Positions 1 through 9,629 of a stretch of 64,000 bases of DNA are shown here, piece by piece. Under the pieces are notes generated by a model. That model had not been told where the DNA came from, did no database searches, and saw nothing but the letters and a program-made list of their open reading frames with translations. A program made the translations under genes and the position numbers. Location of the stretch: the IMG/VR virus record IMGVR_UViG_3300034031_000013, positions 11,858-75,857 of that record. The stretch is one strand, 5' to 3'. The stretch's first letter is position 1. The number at the start of each line of letters is the position of its first letter. Origin of the DNA: a virus.

Positions 1-170
1 GTTACTTGTGTGAACTAAAGGGGTTGAAGGTAAACGATTTAATCATTCTTTATATGAATCCCAAGACCTTAAAGATGGAGTTCCATCGGTGCAGGTATAT
101 GAGGGATGAAGTAAAGTACATTTTAGAAACAAAAGACACATTATGGGACAATCAAAAAATTCTTTCCTAG
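1..170 (+). CDS. C-terminal fragment of probable PD-(D/E)XK exonuclease (5' truncated by window)
   Basis: Frame 3 reads YLCELKGLKVNDLIILYMNPK...RYMRDEVKYIL*, resembling the C-terminus of phage exonucleases. Confidence 0.4.
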   Translation, partial: YLCELKGLKVNDLIILYMNPKTLKMEFHRCRYMRDEVKYILETKDTLWDNQKILS

Positions 171-598
171 AGCTAAGGGCCGAGGATATGGTACTCATGT
201 ACGACCATGAGTTCAGTAAGAAAAAAGCAGAAGCTACAGGCGTAGCACTTGTGCAGGGCGTGTTTGACGATGGGCTTGTAGACCCAATGAAAGTTATGTC
301 TAATATCGTTCGCTTAAAAGCAGTTATTGACAGCGCAGATAAGGCATTTAGAGAGCGTTTAAGCCTACCTTCTGCCGCTAGTTGGAATGGAGTAACCTTT
401 ACCCCTAAGAATGGCTCAGAGAAGCTAGTTTACGAAGAAGATGCGGTTTGTAAAGACTTGTCGGAGAAGCTAAAGGCAAGACAGGAACTTGTTAAACTTG
501 CTACTAAGTCAAAGGATGCTATTTATGACAGCGAAGGATGTGAGGTAACAAGGGTATCAAGCAAGTTCGACAAGGCTAGTATCACAATTTCATTTTAA
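143..598 (+). CDS. Hypothetical phage protein (recombination module)
   Basis: 151 aa ORF followed by a terminator. Confidence 0.7.
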   Translation: MGQSKNSFLELRAEDMVLMYDHEFSKKKAEATGVALVQGVFDDGLVDPMKVMSNIVRLKAVIDSADKAFRERLSLPSAASWNGVTFTPKNGSEKLVYEEDAVCKDLSEKLKARQELVKLATKSKDAIYDSEGCEVTRVSSKFDKASITISF

Positions 599-603
599 AA
601 CCC

Positions 604-632
604 AAGCCACTAACTCCCATTAGTGGCTTTTT
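604..632 (+). terminator. Intrinsic terminator
   Basis: AAGCCACTAA-ctccca-TTAGTGGCTT then TTT. Confidence 0.75.
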
Positions 633-636
633 ACAT

Positions 637-707
637 TGGGGGATAGTTTAATTAATAGAACGTTGGCTTCATGCCATCAGATGCAGGTTTGAATCCTGCT
701 CCCTCAA
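637..707 (+). tRNA. Degenerate tRNA-like gene; anticodon loop CT-TCA-TG (UCA)
   Basis: Acceptor TGGGGGA/TCCCTCA, D stem GTTT/GAAC, anticodon stem GTTGG/CCATC (one mismatch), T arm GCAGG-TTTGAAT-CCTGC; lacks D-loop GG, TTC and an encoded CCA. Confidence 0.65.
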
Positions 708-725
708 CTAACCAAATCAAGCACC

Positions 726-908
726 ATGAATCAGCTAAAGAACTATCTAACGGGGGTTAAAGCCGTAGCCCGTACTGCAAGTCCTAACGGAAGGGATTAC
801 AAGCACAACGGAAACTTCACCCCTCTAACAGCATGGAATGGCGAACAGTTTAACTATAGCCCTATCCTTAATCAAAAAGAACATGAAGAAAACGAGACAG
901 AGAAATAA
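726..908 (+). CDS. Hypothetical protein
   Basis: 60 aa ORF in operon. Confidence 0.55.
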   Translation: MNQLKNYLTGVKAVARTASPNGRDYKHNGNFTPLTAWNGEQFNYSPILNQKEHEENETEK

Positions 909-1068
909 AGACGGAAGAAAGCTAGTGGCAGTAACGATTCAAATCTTCGAGGATCAGCACGAAGCCCTTTTGAAAATATCCAAAGGGAAGAAGCCTATTG
1001 CTAAGCAGGTGGTTATACAGAACCTCCTAGATGAAAAAGGATATAACGGATTAAAGCAAACAGCATGA
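883..1068 (+). CDS. Small basic DNA-binding protein, possibly ribbon-helix-helix
   Basis: Likely ATG at 883 (MKKTRQ); beta strand VAVTIQI followed by two helices. Confidence 0.45.
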   Translation: MKKTRQRNKDGRKLVAVTIQIFEDQHEALLKISKGKKPIAKQVVIQNLLDEKGYNGLKQTA

Positions 1069-1349
1069 ATACAAGCATTATAGCCATAGAAGCAACTACA
1101 AGCTTACTATACACTCCAATTGACAATAGTTATGCAGTTTGTTTATCTGATGGTAAAAATCATTATTTGGCGGGAACCCATGATAGTAATGCAAAGACTG
1201 TTAGGATAATTAGTCCGGTTTTTATTAATAAGGTTTATAGTGCCCTCGATGATCGTGTAACCTATGAATACCAATTTGTTTTGGTACAGGATAGGGGAGG
1301 GTTGATACATTCTGTCCTTTATAACGAAAGAGGCTTGAAACAGCATTGA
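1065..1349 (+). CDS. Hypothetical protein
   Basis: 94 aa, ATGA overlap with upstream gene. Confidence 0.6.
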   Translation: MNTSIIAIEATTSLLYTPIDNSYAVCLSDGKNHYLAGTHDSNAKTVRIISPVFINKVYSALDDRVTYEYQFVLVQDRGGLIHSVLYNERGLKQH

Positions 1350-1352
1350 CCA

Positions 1353-1562
1353 ATGGAACGAACAACTGAATCAACGGAAGCCTTGAGACTTAAATGCACC
1401 CTCCTTGAGATACGTATTGAATCTTTAACCCATGAGCTAAAGGAAGCAAGAGAAGGATTAGTAGCGCAAGGACAAGCACACGATCACTTTAAGAACTGGA
1501 TAGGGAATATTCATAACTATAAGAAGTGGGTAACAGGATTAACAACTAAAAGCGAAGAATAA
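1353..1562 (+). CDS. Hypothetical coiled-coil protein
   Basis: 69 aa, TAATG coupling to next gene. Confidence 0.6.
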   Translation: MERTTESTEALRLKCTLLEIRIESLTHELKEAREGLVAQGQAHDHFKNWIGNIHNYKKWVTGLTTKSEE

Positions 1563-2113
1563 TGAATCTATTTGACCCTGAAATTGGAAGTACATGGAAA
1601 GTTGTTGACAGGCAGCCCACACCCGATAAGCCAAAGGGGTTTATCGGCGTGGATAATGGCGTGTCGGGAACGATAGGAATCATTACAGAGAACGGAACAG
1701 CCTTAATGTACAAAACCCCCATAAAGAACGAACAGAGCTACACAAAGGCTAAAAAACGCATTAACAGGGTCGATGTAGTTAAGCTTAAAGATATGTTGAG
1801 TGAATTTTCAACCAACAGTAAAGTTGTAATTGAGCGTCCTATGGTAAACCCGAAGATGTTCAGTACAACCCTTAGTGCCATGAGAGCATTAGAAGCTACC
1901 ATTTGTACCCTAGAAGATATGGGGTTCCCTTACAGCTATATCGACAGTCGCGAATGGCAAAAAGAAATGTTGCCGAGCGGATACAAGGGAGTTGAACTTA
2001 AGGTTGCATCCCTCGACATAGGCAAACGCCTGTTCCCTCACATTGATTTAAAGCATCCCGACCGCGATAGCTTACTTATGGCAGAATACCTGCGCAGACA
2101 GTATAAAAGTTAG
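1562..2113 (+). CDS. RuvC-like Holliday junction resolvase
   Basis: FIGVDNGVSGTIG, VVIERP and DSLLMAEY motifs of the RNase H fold. Confidence 0.8.
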   Translation: MNLFDPEIGSTWKVVDRQPTPDKPKGFIGVDNGVSGTIGIITENGTALMYKTPIKNEQSYTKAKKRINRVDVVKLKDMLSEFSTNSKVVIERPMVNPKMFSTTLSAMRALEATICTLEDMGFPYSYIDSREWQKEMLPSGYKGVELKVASLDIGKRLFPHIDLKHPDRDSLLMAEYLRRQYKS

Positions 2114-2115
2114 CT

Positions 2116-2568
2116 ATGAATAAGCTACGACATTGTGGCTTAGGCGGTCACGATGTTCCTATGCTTTGGAAATCTAAAACCAGCACAAGCCCCTCCGCCT
2201 GCAAGTATTGTTGGTTTGCACAAAACCCCATCTCGATAAAGAAAGTCGCTCCTGTGGCAGATATGAAAGCGAGAGAGGCAAAGAAGCCTAAGCCCATCAA
2301 AAAGGTTAGCGACAAGCAGAAGAAAATCAATGCTGCCTATACTATCCTCCGAAAGCAATTCCTAAAGAACCATCCGAACTGTCAGGCACAGCTTGAGGGT
2401 TGTACTTATCAAGCAACGGATTGCCACCATTCGAAAGGTCGCACAGGGAGCAATATGCTAGACGAAACAACTTACATCGCCCTTTGCCATAACTGCCATG
2501 TAAAAGTGGAACTCTCGCCTACTATGGCAAAGCTATTGGGGTTATCACAAAACAGATTAGATAATTAG
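2116..2568 (+). CDS. HNH-type endonuclease / Zn-binding protein
   Basis: CQAQLEGC...DCHHSKGR...LCHNCH. Confidence 0.7.
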   Translation: MNKLRHCGLGGHDVPMLWKSKTSTSPSACKYCWFAQNPISIKKVAPVADMKAREAKKPKPIKKVSDKQKKINAAYTILRKQFLKNHPNCQAQLEGCTYQATDCHHSKGRTGSNMLDETTYIALCHNCHVKVELSPTMAKLLGLSQNRLDN

Positions 2569-2571
2569 ACT

Positions 2572-3105
2572 ATGAGAAACGTAATATTCCTTGATATTGA
2601 CGGGGTTTTGAACTCTGAATTGTTTTACAGGGAGAGGCACGAAAAATCTCAGAAGGAGGCAAAGAAAGCCGTAAAGCGGGATGAAATTGAAAGGTTGGAA
2701 TATTATAAGTCTAATATATGCCTAGAGCGTATCCAATGGCTTAATGAACTCTGCGAAGAAACAGATTCAGTTATTGTTGTTTCGTCTACTTGGCGGTCAG
2801 GGAAGTCAATACAAGACCTACAGGAAATGTTTAACTATTGCGGTGCTACATTTATCGTGGTTGGTAAAACAGGGCATTGTGAGTGCCGAATAAGAGGTGT
2901 AGAGATAAGGCAGTGGCTAGAAAAGCATTGCATGGAATATTTCGGGGTTAACTACTATGACTTTTATAGGTACGCTATAATTGATGATGACGGCGATATG
3001 CTATTGTGGCAACAAGATCATTTCTTTCAAACCGATAATTGGTCAGGATTAACGCCAACTACCTGCTATAAAATTAAACGGTTCTTTACTCATAAAACAT
3101 TTTAA
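2572..3105 (+). CDS. HAD-superfamily phosphatase (Swiss Army Knife RNA-repair-like HAD)
   Basis: IFLDIDGVLN, VVSSTWR, RGVEIRQWL, YAIIDDD motifs. Confidence 0.85.
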   Translation: MRNVIFLDIDGVLNSELFYRERHEKSQKEAKKAVKRDEIERLEYYKSNICLERIQWLNELCEETDSVIVVSSTWRSGKSIQDLQEMFNYCGATFIVVGKTGHCECRIRGVEIRQWLEKHCMEYFGVNYYDFYRYAIIDDDGDMLLWQQDHFFQTDNWSGLTPTTCYKIKRFFTHKTF

Positions 3106-3107
3106 CC

Positions 3108-3302
3108 ATGACACCACAACAAGAATCCCTATTAGAGCAGGTACTTGTAGAAATGAGTGCCTTGAGAAAGGAAGTAACAACCATTAACAAGGCACTCGCT
3201 TACAAAACCACAGCCGTTAAAAAGCAAGAATCCGTTCAGGATATTGCCAATTCAATCATCGCCGAAACAATCCTCAAGGCGAAACAGAATCGCCATAACT
3301 AA
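3108..3302 (+). CDS. Hypothetical protein converging on the integrase
   Basis: 64 aa, last gene of + strand operon. Confidence 0.55.
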   Translation: MTPQQESLLEQVLVEMSALRKEVTTINKALAYKTTAVKKQESVQDIANSIIAETILKAKQNRHN

Positions 3303-4648
3303 TACACAACCCTCGGAGGTCTTGGCCTCGATGCTATATCGCACTTCAACTTTCGTAAATATGTTTCCGTTTGAATCGTTGTGGTGTGCCTGTTTTGGAT
3401 TGAAATCTGAAACAAATCCCATCCCGCTTTAAACGCTTCTATATTCCCTGTAGCCTTAAGTGAATATAAAGAGTGCTTGCCATCGTTGTAGATATTTAAG
3501 TCCTCTAAGGCGGCTTTAAATCGCGTAGAAAGCCCACTCCTATCTGCTCTCTTAAGCGAAGGAATCATATCGGAAGTAAAGACGTAATAGTTGTCGTACT
3601 TCTTATCATCGAAGTATTGCTCCCAACCGAGTTTTTCAAATTCAGCTACAAGTGCGGGGTCAAGGTAAAGCTCGGTAAATATCTTCTTCTTTGTCTTGGT
3701 GCTACCAACGGAAAGGGAAAAGTAACCCTCCTTATATCGTTTAACATTCTTAATCTTAATACGCCTTAATTCAGATATTCTGATAAACGTATAGAAAATT
3801 GTACGGCAGATATAAGCCATGAGCTTATTAGATATATAAGCCTTTCCAGGAACAACCCTAGCTATTACCCTTGCTTGATCGAAGTACTCAAGTATCTTCT
3901 TAAGTTGAACGGTAGAGAAAGGTTCGAATCGTTCACTGTCCTCTACAGACTCTTTACGGTCGATTGTAATGGATATATCTTTATAGTCATACCTACGTGC
4001 ATAATAAGCAAACATAGCCCTTATAGAGCCTAATTGATTGTTCCATGTTGTATCTTTTATTGTGCCGCTTGTATATCGTTCTTCAAAGAATTGTAAGATC
4101 GTATTCTTAGTTATTTTGTCTAAACGGGCAGTTAAACAGTCCTGCTCTCTGCAAAACTCCTTGAACAAGTTAAACAATGAATTATACGTACCCTCGGTAT
4201 TTTCTTTATTCTCGGGAGCGGCCTTTGATGGGTTGTCCTTTCCTGCCTTGATTTTCAACCACTGCTCAATAGCTTTTTCAAGTGTAGGTATTGGCGATGG
4301 GTCGTTGGCTTGGGAAAGTAGTTCTTCAATGGGTTTATCAACAAGAGGCGAAATAGCTACGCCTGTCTTTGGATCAACGCCAATAGATAATTGAGTCGCT
4401 ACCGCAATGCGAATACCCTCACCGTTCTTCTTACGAAGCCTAGTGTTAGATATGTGTTCTTTCTTGTTAAGAATTTTGGAATAGTACTTTTGAGGGAGCC
4501 ACTTGCCGTTATCGAAATCCCATATATGGTAGTAGATATACCAATCTCCTTTCTCGGGAGTTTTAAGAACGGGAGCGGCACGAAAGAGTTCTTTACCTTG
4601 GGGCAAGTAATAGTAGTTACCATCTACTTCAATTCGATTTAATTGCAT
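3299..4648 (-). CDS. int: Tyrosine recombinase / phage integrase
   Basis: N-terminal arm-binding-like region, SAM-like core; catalytic R (FIRISEL), K (TKTKK), YSLK in place of HxxR, and RH...TETY. Confidence 0.9.
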   Translation of the reverse strand: MQLNRIEVDGNYYYLPQGKELFRAAPVLKTPEKGDWYIYYHIWDFDNGKWLPQKYYSKILNKKEHISNTRLRKKNGEGIRIAVATQLSIGVDPKTGVAISPLVDKPIEELLSQANDPSPIPTLEKAIEQWLKIKAGKDNPSKAAPENKENTEGTYNSLFNLFKEFCREQDCLTARLDKITKNTILQFFEERYTSGTIKDTTWNNQLGSIRAMFAYYARRYDYKDISITIDRKESVEDSERFEPFSTVQLKKILEYFDQARVIARVVPGKAYISNKLMAYICRTIFYTFIRISELRRIKIKNVKRYKEGYFSLSVGSTKTKKKIFTELYLDPALVAEFEKLGWEQYFDDKKYDNYYVFTSDMIPSLKRADRSGLSTRFKAALEDLNIYNDGKHSLYSLKATGNIEAFKAGWDLFQISIQNRHTTTIQTETYLRKLKCDIASRPRPPRVVY

Positions 4649-4649
4649 A

Positions 4650-4912
4650 TTATTGTGTGGTTAAGAAGAGAGAAATATTGCAGTAGTTTTCTACGTTTTT
4701 CTACACTGATTTTGGATAGCCATTTAGATAGCTAAAAACGCACTTTTTTATGGGAAATAAAAATTTAAATAAATAAATTAGTTTTGTTAGGGCGCTTTCG
4801 CCTACCAAAATCAATACCATTAGTTAATTACTGAATACTTGTGGTTAAAAAAGAGAGGATAATCTAGCTAATATCTATAGCAATTTCTACAGATTTTCTA
4901 CAGATTGTGTAG
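4650..4912. other. Candidate attP region
   Basis: Non-coding, next to int; paired TTTCTAC direct repeats at 4688/4698 and 4884/4895; AT-rich centre. Confidence 0.5.
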
Positions 4913-5353
4913 TTATTCAGGGAGCCAGTACTGAATTTTATTGCCACCATGTTTTGCGCTTTCAATAAGTCCTTTTTCAGTAAGCTTTAAGGCTTGGTAT
5001 CCTAGTCTTACTTTAGCTAGATTGATTTGTTCCTTAGTAGATTCAGGATACATTTCTTTAATCTTATCTGTCATATCAGATATATACATCTTCCCGTATT
5101 TGCGAAGAAAGTAAAAAATCTTATCAGGGTAAGACCAGTCAGGGTTATAATCTTGGGACACTAGCTTATTTAGCTTTTCCTCTGAAATCTTAGTCACCTT
5201 TTTTGATGGACGCGAGGTACGACTAAAATACTCCGTGTCACTTGGGGCTTCGGAGCCAAATGCGGCTAGTGTTTGATCTATAGAGTTGATCTTTATTATA
5301 TAAGATTCTCTGACTTTTCTAAGTCCTTCAATGATTTCATTTTCTGTTGTCAT
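4913..5353 (-). CDS. Putative regulator with C-terminal winged-helix-like domain
   Basis: N-terminal coiled coil; C-terminal KLTEKGLIESAKHGGNKIQYWL wing; TACCTTTG promoter box at 5481-5488 (-). Confidence 0.5.
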   Translation of the reverse strand: MTTENEIIEGLRKVRESYIIKINSIDQTLAAFGSEAPSDTEYFSRTSRPSKKVTKISEEKLNKLVSQDYNPDWSYPDKIFYFLRKYGKMYISDMTDKIKEMYPESTKEQINLAKVRLGYQALKLTEKGLIESAKHGGNKIQYWLPE

Positions 5354-5645
5354 ATTTAATTTATTGTTAAGTTTTTAATTATGTTTGTACACTTTGTAAA
5401 GCATTGTATGTTTTCAAACGAAAAAATAAACACGTTGTTTAGGTTGTTTTGAAATTATATATGTCCTTACTTCCATAGTGCAAAGGTATACAACAATTTT
5501 ACAAATTGTCAATTTAATTTGAATTAATATACAATTAACCTCGAACAACAGCCAATACATTACAATAAAGGCTATTTTAAAGCTCTCTAACGAACGATAA
5601 TAATTAATTAATAACAATCATCGAACACCCTACCCTCCTCACCCC

Positions 5646-5822
5646 ATGACCGAAATCCAACTCGCCAAAGCGGCAATCGACAACGCATTTGAAGCCTTTC
5701 TAAGAGAAGATTGGCCTTGGACTACCCAAGTATCAGAAGATGATTTTAAACCTTACCAGCCTACGGAAGAACAGATGAAGGCTGAAAAGGAAGAGTTTAT
5801 TATGGCTTATTTGATTGATTAA
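5646..5822 (+). CDS. Hypothetical acidic protein (58 aa, below ORF-track cutoff)
   Basis: MTEIQLAKAAIDNAFEAFLREDWPW...LID*; first gene of operon. Confidence 0.6.
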   Translation: MTEIQLAKAAIDNAFEAFLREDWPWTTQVSEDDFKPYQPTEEQMKAEKEEFIMAYLID

Positions 5823-5824
5823 TT

Positions 5825-6028
5825 ATGATAACAGGAAACGAACCGATAACAGGCACAGATAATCAAATTGGTTTAACTATCAGACAGCAATTCGCGGCAA
5901 TGGCTATGCAAGGGTTTTGCGCCACGTTTAGGGGTGATTATAAAGTTAGCCCCGAGTTGGCTCACGAAATGAGTAAAGAAGCGGTATTGATTGCTGATAG
6001 TCTAATAGCTGAATTAAACAGAGTATGA
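5825..6028 (+). CDS. Conserved small phage protein
   Basis: GLTIRQQFAAMAMQG...ADSLIAEL motif common in phages. Confidence 0.7.
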   Translation: MITGNEPITGTDNQIGLTIRQQFAAMAMQGFCATFRGDYKVSPELAHEMSKEAVLIADSLIAELNRV

Positions 6029-6378
6029 AAACACTGAACCTTACCCTGAATAAAAAATGGTTCGATATGATAGCATCGGGCGAAAAGAAAGAGGAATATC
6101 GAGAAATTAAATCGTATTGGCTTTTACGCCTTGGAGAAGGGATTCATAAAGAAAGTGGCTTTTACTTATCGGTAATGAATTTTGGCCCAAGTATAATAAA
6201 GGAAATGGATTTTAAGCATTTCGACATTATATCAGCAAACAACGGATATTCTAAAGGTTGCCCGAATATCAAGTGGAAACATGAAGGTATAACCATTGGC
6301 GAAGGGCGTGAAGATTGGGGAGCAGAACCAGGCAAAAAGTATTTCATCTTAAAAATTGGCGATTTAATTCAATCCTAA
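6025..6378 (+). CDS. ASCH/PUA-like domain protein
   Basis: LNLTLNKKWFDMIASGEKKEEYRE (GxKxxExR). Confidence 0.8.
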   Translation: MKTLNLTLNKKWFDMIASGEKKEEYREIKSYWLLRLGEGIHKESGFYLSVMNFGPSIIKEMDFKHFDIISANNGYSKGCPNIKWKHEGITIGEGREDWGAEPGKKYFILKIGDLIQS

Positions 6379-6551
6379 TGGAAGAAACAAAACCAACTGA
6401 GGCAATGGAAGGAAGGCTGTGCCAATGTTGCCATACAAATTTAGCAACTGAATTACACGTCTGTCCTTTTATGGCAGATATACACGGCAACTACGAACAT
6501 AAATGCAATTGCTGTTCTTCATGTGAGCACGAATGCGCAATGGATGTTTAA
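6378..6551 (+). CDS. Cys-rich Zn-binding small protein
   Basis: ATG at 6378 by TAATG coupling; CQCC, HVCPF, CNCCSSCEHEC. Confidence 0.6.
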   Translation: MEETKPTEAMEGRLCQCCHTNLATELHVCPFMADIHGNYEHKCNCCSSCEHECAMDV

Positions 6552-6587
6552 CCCCCTCTCCCCTTTGGGGGATAATTATAATTAGAT

Positions 6588-6851
6588 ATGGTAGACAAAG
6601 AAATAACGAAAGCGGTTGACCGCAATTTTAAAGGATTCGACTTAGCTTTTGTTAGGTGTGGATTATGCTGCTCAAAGGAAAATCCATGCCTCAAGTGCGC
6701 TAATGAAACTATAGCGGCAAACGGCTTTGAGGATGGTGTTCCAGAAAGGTTTAAGTGGCGATTTAAGAGAGTTGAAGCTGTATTGCCATTAAAGTATATA
6801 TCGGATGAATTTATTTACCATACATATCTAGTTTCAACCCCCATACAATAA
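6588..6851 (+). CDS. Hypothetical protein
   Basis: 87 aa with CxxC motifs. Confidence 0.5.
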   Translation: MVDKEITKAVDRNFKGFDLAFVRCGLCCSKENPCLKCANETIAANGFEDGVPERFKWRFKRVEAVLPLKYISDEFIYHTYLVSTPIQ

Positions 6852-7248
6852 CACCAAGAAGATGGAAAAGAACCGCGACCCTTTAAACGCTCCTGAAATC
6901 CGATACAGGTTTAAGTCAATTCAAAAGCGTGGAAAGCGTACTGGCATAGATTATCTATTCCATAAACGAACCGAAATCGAAATGCTTAAACATTGGGAAA
7001 CGATTAAACATGATTTTGTATGAAAGATAACGAAAAGGCGAAGAAGCCTAAGAAAACCAAAAAGCGCAAAACAAAGGACTGTGACATATACGAACACGGC
7101 GAATGTGATTGTACTGGTAAATTTTGTGGCTACGGCACTTGACCCTCAACCTGACAAATTAAATCAATCCTACGCAGTCTTTGAGCCTGTAGAGGCAAAT
7201 GGAAAGGTAGAGTGTGAGTTTTATATGGAGTATAAAGGATTTTAAAAT

Positions 7249-7632
7249 ATGGAAAAGGAATATCAACACCGAGAACAAATGGAAAGTCAAAGACAAATTG
7301 AAAAAAAGTATCAAAAATTGATATATGAAGTATCAAATAATGACTTCTATAAAATTGATTTAAGCAACCGTGTAAACTGCTATTCGTGCAAGTGTGAACA
7401 CATAACAAAAACTATTGACATAGATGCAGGAGTAACCCCGTTTATGTTCACCTGTGAAAAATGCGGAGGCGATGCGCATAGTTCTTTCTTTAAAGATATT
7501 GCACCTAATCAAAAACCAACATTTGAATGGTATAGACCAGACTTAAAGCAAGTTCTTAAACTGAGAAGTAAGCCGGGATTATTAGATCACATCTTATCCG
7601 GTGGACTTGATTACAGGAGAATCAAATCATGA
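7249..7632 (+). CDS. Zn-ribbon phage protein
   Basis: YSCKC...DAGVTPFMFTCEKCG...EWYRP...GGL. Confidence 0.65.
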   Translation: MEKEYQHREQMESQRQIEKKYQKLIYEVSNNDFYKIDLSNRVNCYSCKCEHITKTIDIDAGVTPFMFTCEKCGGDAHSSFFKDIAPNQKPTFEWYRPDLKQVLKLRSKPGLLDHILSGGLDYRRIKS

Positions 7633-8315
7633 ACCACTACCTCTACACCCCCGAAACAAATACGCTAGAGCTGGTTAACCCGCACGAGCAGTATGTATTG
7701 ATATCTAATTATCCTAACGAGACACAACAGTGGTTTGACTTCGATAAAGCTAACCCCGAACTTCCTTACATCGGCTCCCTGACCCTTAAAGAAGGTGTAG
7801 AGTATCCTGAGAGTATGTTTAGGAAGCAATGGCAACATTACAATCCGCTGTACAATGAATGGTTCCCTATAAACGTAGACCATTTCGCTCCAATCAATAA
7901 TACTATTGAAACGGTGCTGTCCTATTACAAGGATATGAATTGGGAAACCCGCCAAGCCCTAACCGATTCCGAACAGCCGAAAGAGTTGGATGCCTCCAAG
8001 CCTCTCCGTAACCCATTAATGCAAGAGATACTAGCAAATACCCCTCAATGGATTAAAGATGAAATAGATGCCGCTTATCCTGATTTGAAAGAGTTGGAAG
8101 CCGAGGTTCAGGAAGGGGAACCGACCGACACCCATCAGTGCAAAAAGTGCGGTGGCAGAACAGCTTTGATTACAGGCTTTTTTCATTACGAACCAGACGA
8201 GGAACCTTACATGAGTGGAGTTCAAGAAGAGGCTAAAGTAGAAAGAGGCGAGTGCTGGATGGCTGGCTACAAATGCGACGATTGCGGAAATGAACAAGAT
8301 TTCTGGACAGAATAA
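7629..8315 (+). CDS. Mosaic hypothetical protein with C-terminal Zn ribbon
   Basis: 228 aa; CKKC...CDDC. Confidence 0.65.
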   Translation: MNHYLYTPETNTLELVNPHEQYVLISNYPNETQQWFDFDKANPELPYIGSLTLKEGVEYPESMFRKQWQHYNPLYNEWFPINVDHFAPINNTIETVLSYYKDMNWETRQALTDSEQPKELDASKPLRNPLMQEILANTPQWIKDEIDAAYPDLKELEAEVQEGEPTDTHQCKKCGGRTALITGFFHYEPDEEPYMSGVQEEAKVERGECWMAGYKCDDCGNEQDFWTE

Positions 8316-8347
8316 ACAAAAAGGATTCACAATTAACAAACGATAGC

Positions 8348-8719
8348 ATGAAAACAGCAGAAGAAATTATTGAAGACATACATGAATGCTTATGCGCTGG
8401 TAAGTACGAAGAAATGGCGGGAATGATTAAGGCTTATGGCGCATCCGATTTCTTTAACGACTACGGGAACTATTTAAGTTATAGCTACTCATTACAAGAA
8501 GCGTTCTCTTATTATACACAGCTAACTAAGAGCTATCAACGGTTCGACTCTCAGCCTCTCCCTGTCTCTCAACCCTCAGTGGAAGCAGATAACACATGGA
8601 TTCTAATTATGCAAAAGTTCATCAACTCTGCTTATGTAGGCTGCACTAAGGAGGAATTGTGGCAGATCGTGGAAGAGGCTGAGGTATTAATTAAAGGCCA
8701 CAGTATTAATAAAGACTGA
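8348..8719 (+). CDS. Hypothetical protein
   Basis: 123 aa ORF in operon. Confidence 0.6.
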   Translation: MKTAEEIIEDIHECLCAGKYEEMAGMIKAYGASDFFNDYGNYLSYSYSLQEAFSYYTQLTKSYQRFDSQPLPVSQPSVEADNTWILIMQKFINSAYVGCTKEELWQIVEEAEVLIKGHSINKD

Positions 8720-8721
8720 TT

Positions 8722-9315
8722 ATGAAAAACGGATTCGATTTAATTCTCGAAGAGAGACAACGGCAAATCAACAGTGAAAAATACAGCATACAGGATGATG
8801 CTCGATATGTAAACCAAGAATTGTATTGGGCAGCTTTGGCATATCACTTAAATGATGTTTCATTTTGGCCGTGGGATAAGGAGTATTTTAAACCGACTGG
8901 AGATAAGGTCAAAGATTTCATTAAAGCAGGTGCTTTGTATCACGCTGAATTAGATCGCATAAACTTTACCACAGATCAAGAGGATGGAATTACTCGCCAT
9001 AAAGAAATAGTTGCTTGGTCAATGGCGGTAATATCTCGAAAGATTACTTATCTAAATCACGCTAAGGATTTTAATGGGCAGACAATGAAAGAACTACTTC
9101 CAGATAGCGAATATTATGTTGAGCCCGAAAAGGGTGTAATCCCAAAGTATATTCCTCAACCCTCAGTAAATCAACAGATGTTGGAAGCGTTGAAGAAAAT
9201 CGCTGCAATGAAGTTGAACCCCGATGAAACGGATTACAAATATGCTTTCAACCGATGCTGGCATATTGCTGTAGAAGCCATCACCAATTTTGAACACGAA
9301 ATAAACGAATCATGA
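8722..9315 (+). CDS. Conserved phage protein (ERQRQ...WPW...KP...KAGAL...ELDR domain)
   Basis: Recognisable widespread phage domain at the N-terminus. Confidence 0.7.
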   Translation: MKNGFDLILEERQRQINSEKYSIQDDARYVNQELYWAALAYHLNDVSFWPWDKEYFKPTGDKVKDFIKAGALYHAELDRINFTTDQEDGITRHKEIVAWSMAVISRKITYLNHAKDFNGQTMKELLPDSEYYVEPEKGVIPKYIPQPSVNQQMLEALKKIAAMKLNPDETDYKYAFNRCWHIAVEAITNFEHEINES

Positions 9316-9629
9316 TATACGCAAATATGAAAATCGGAAAGATTAAAGCTAAGGCATTGTTAGAGTTTGGGAAAGGTGATATTCAGGTGGTTAATGCCAA
9401 AGGTGAAGACTATGCAGCAGTGTTGTTTAGGAATAGCACAATCCGTCCGATAGGATCGGAAGACCCGACAACCAACGGAACGACAACGGATGATTTTAAG
9501 CCTAATGTTGTTATGGCGTTTGACAGCACCAATAGTATTGATTTGTTGATTGAGGTACTTGAAAATGCTAAACAAGATTTGCAATCCATCGCCACCGCTG
9601 AAGAAATGAAAGGAGGGGTGGAAGGATGA
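9312..9629 (+). CDS. Hypothetical protein
   Basis: 105 aa, ATGA overlap. Confidence 0.6.
   Translation: MIYANMKIGKIKAKALLEFGKGDIQVVNAKGEDYAAVLFRNSTIRPIGSEDPTTNGTTTDDFKPNVVMAFDSTNSIDLLIEVLENAKQDLQSIATAEEMKGGVEG

Noticed and set aside
5414-5617. 67 aa - strand ORF
   Set aside because: Lies in an AT-rich divergent promoter region and has a non-ATG start
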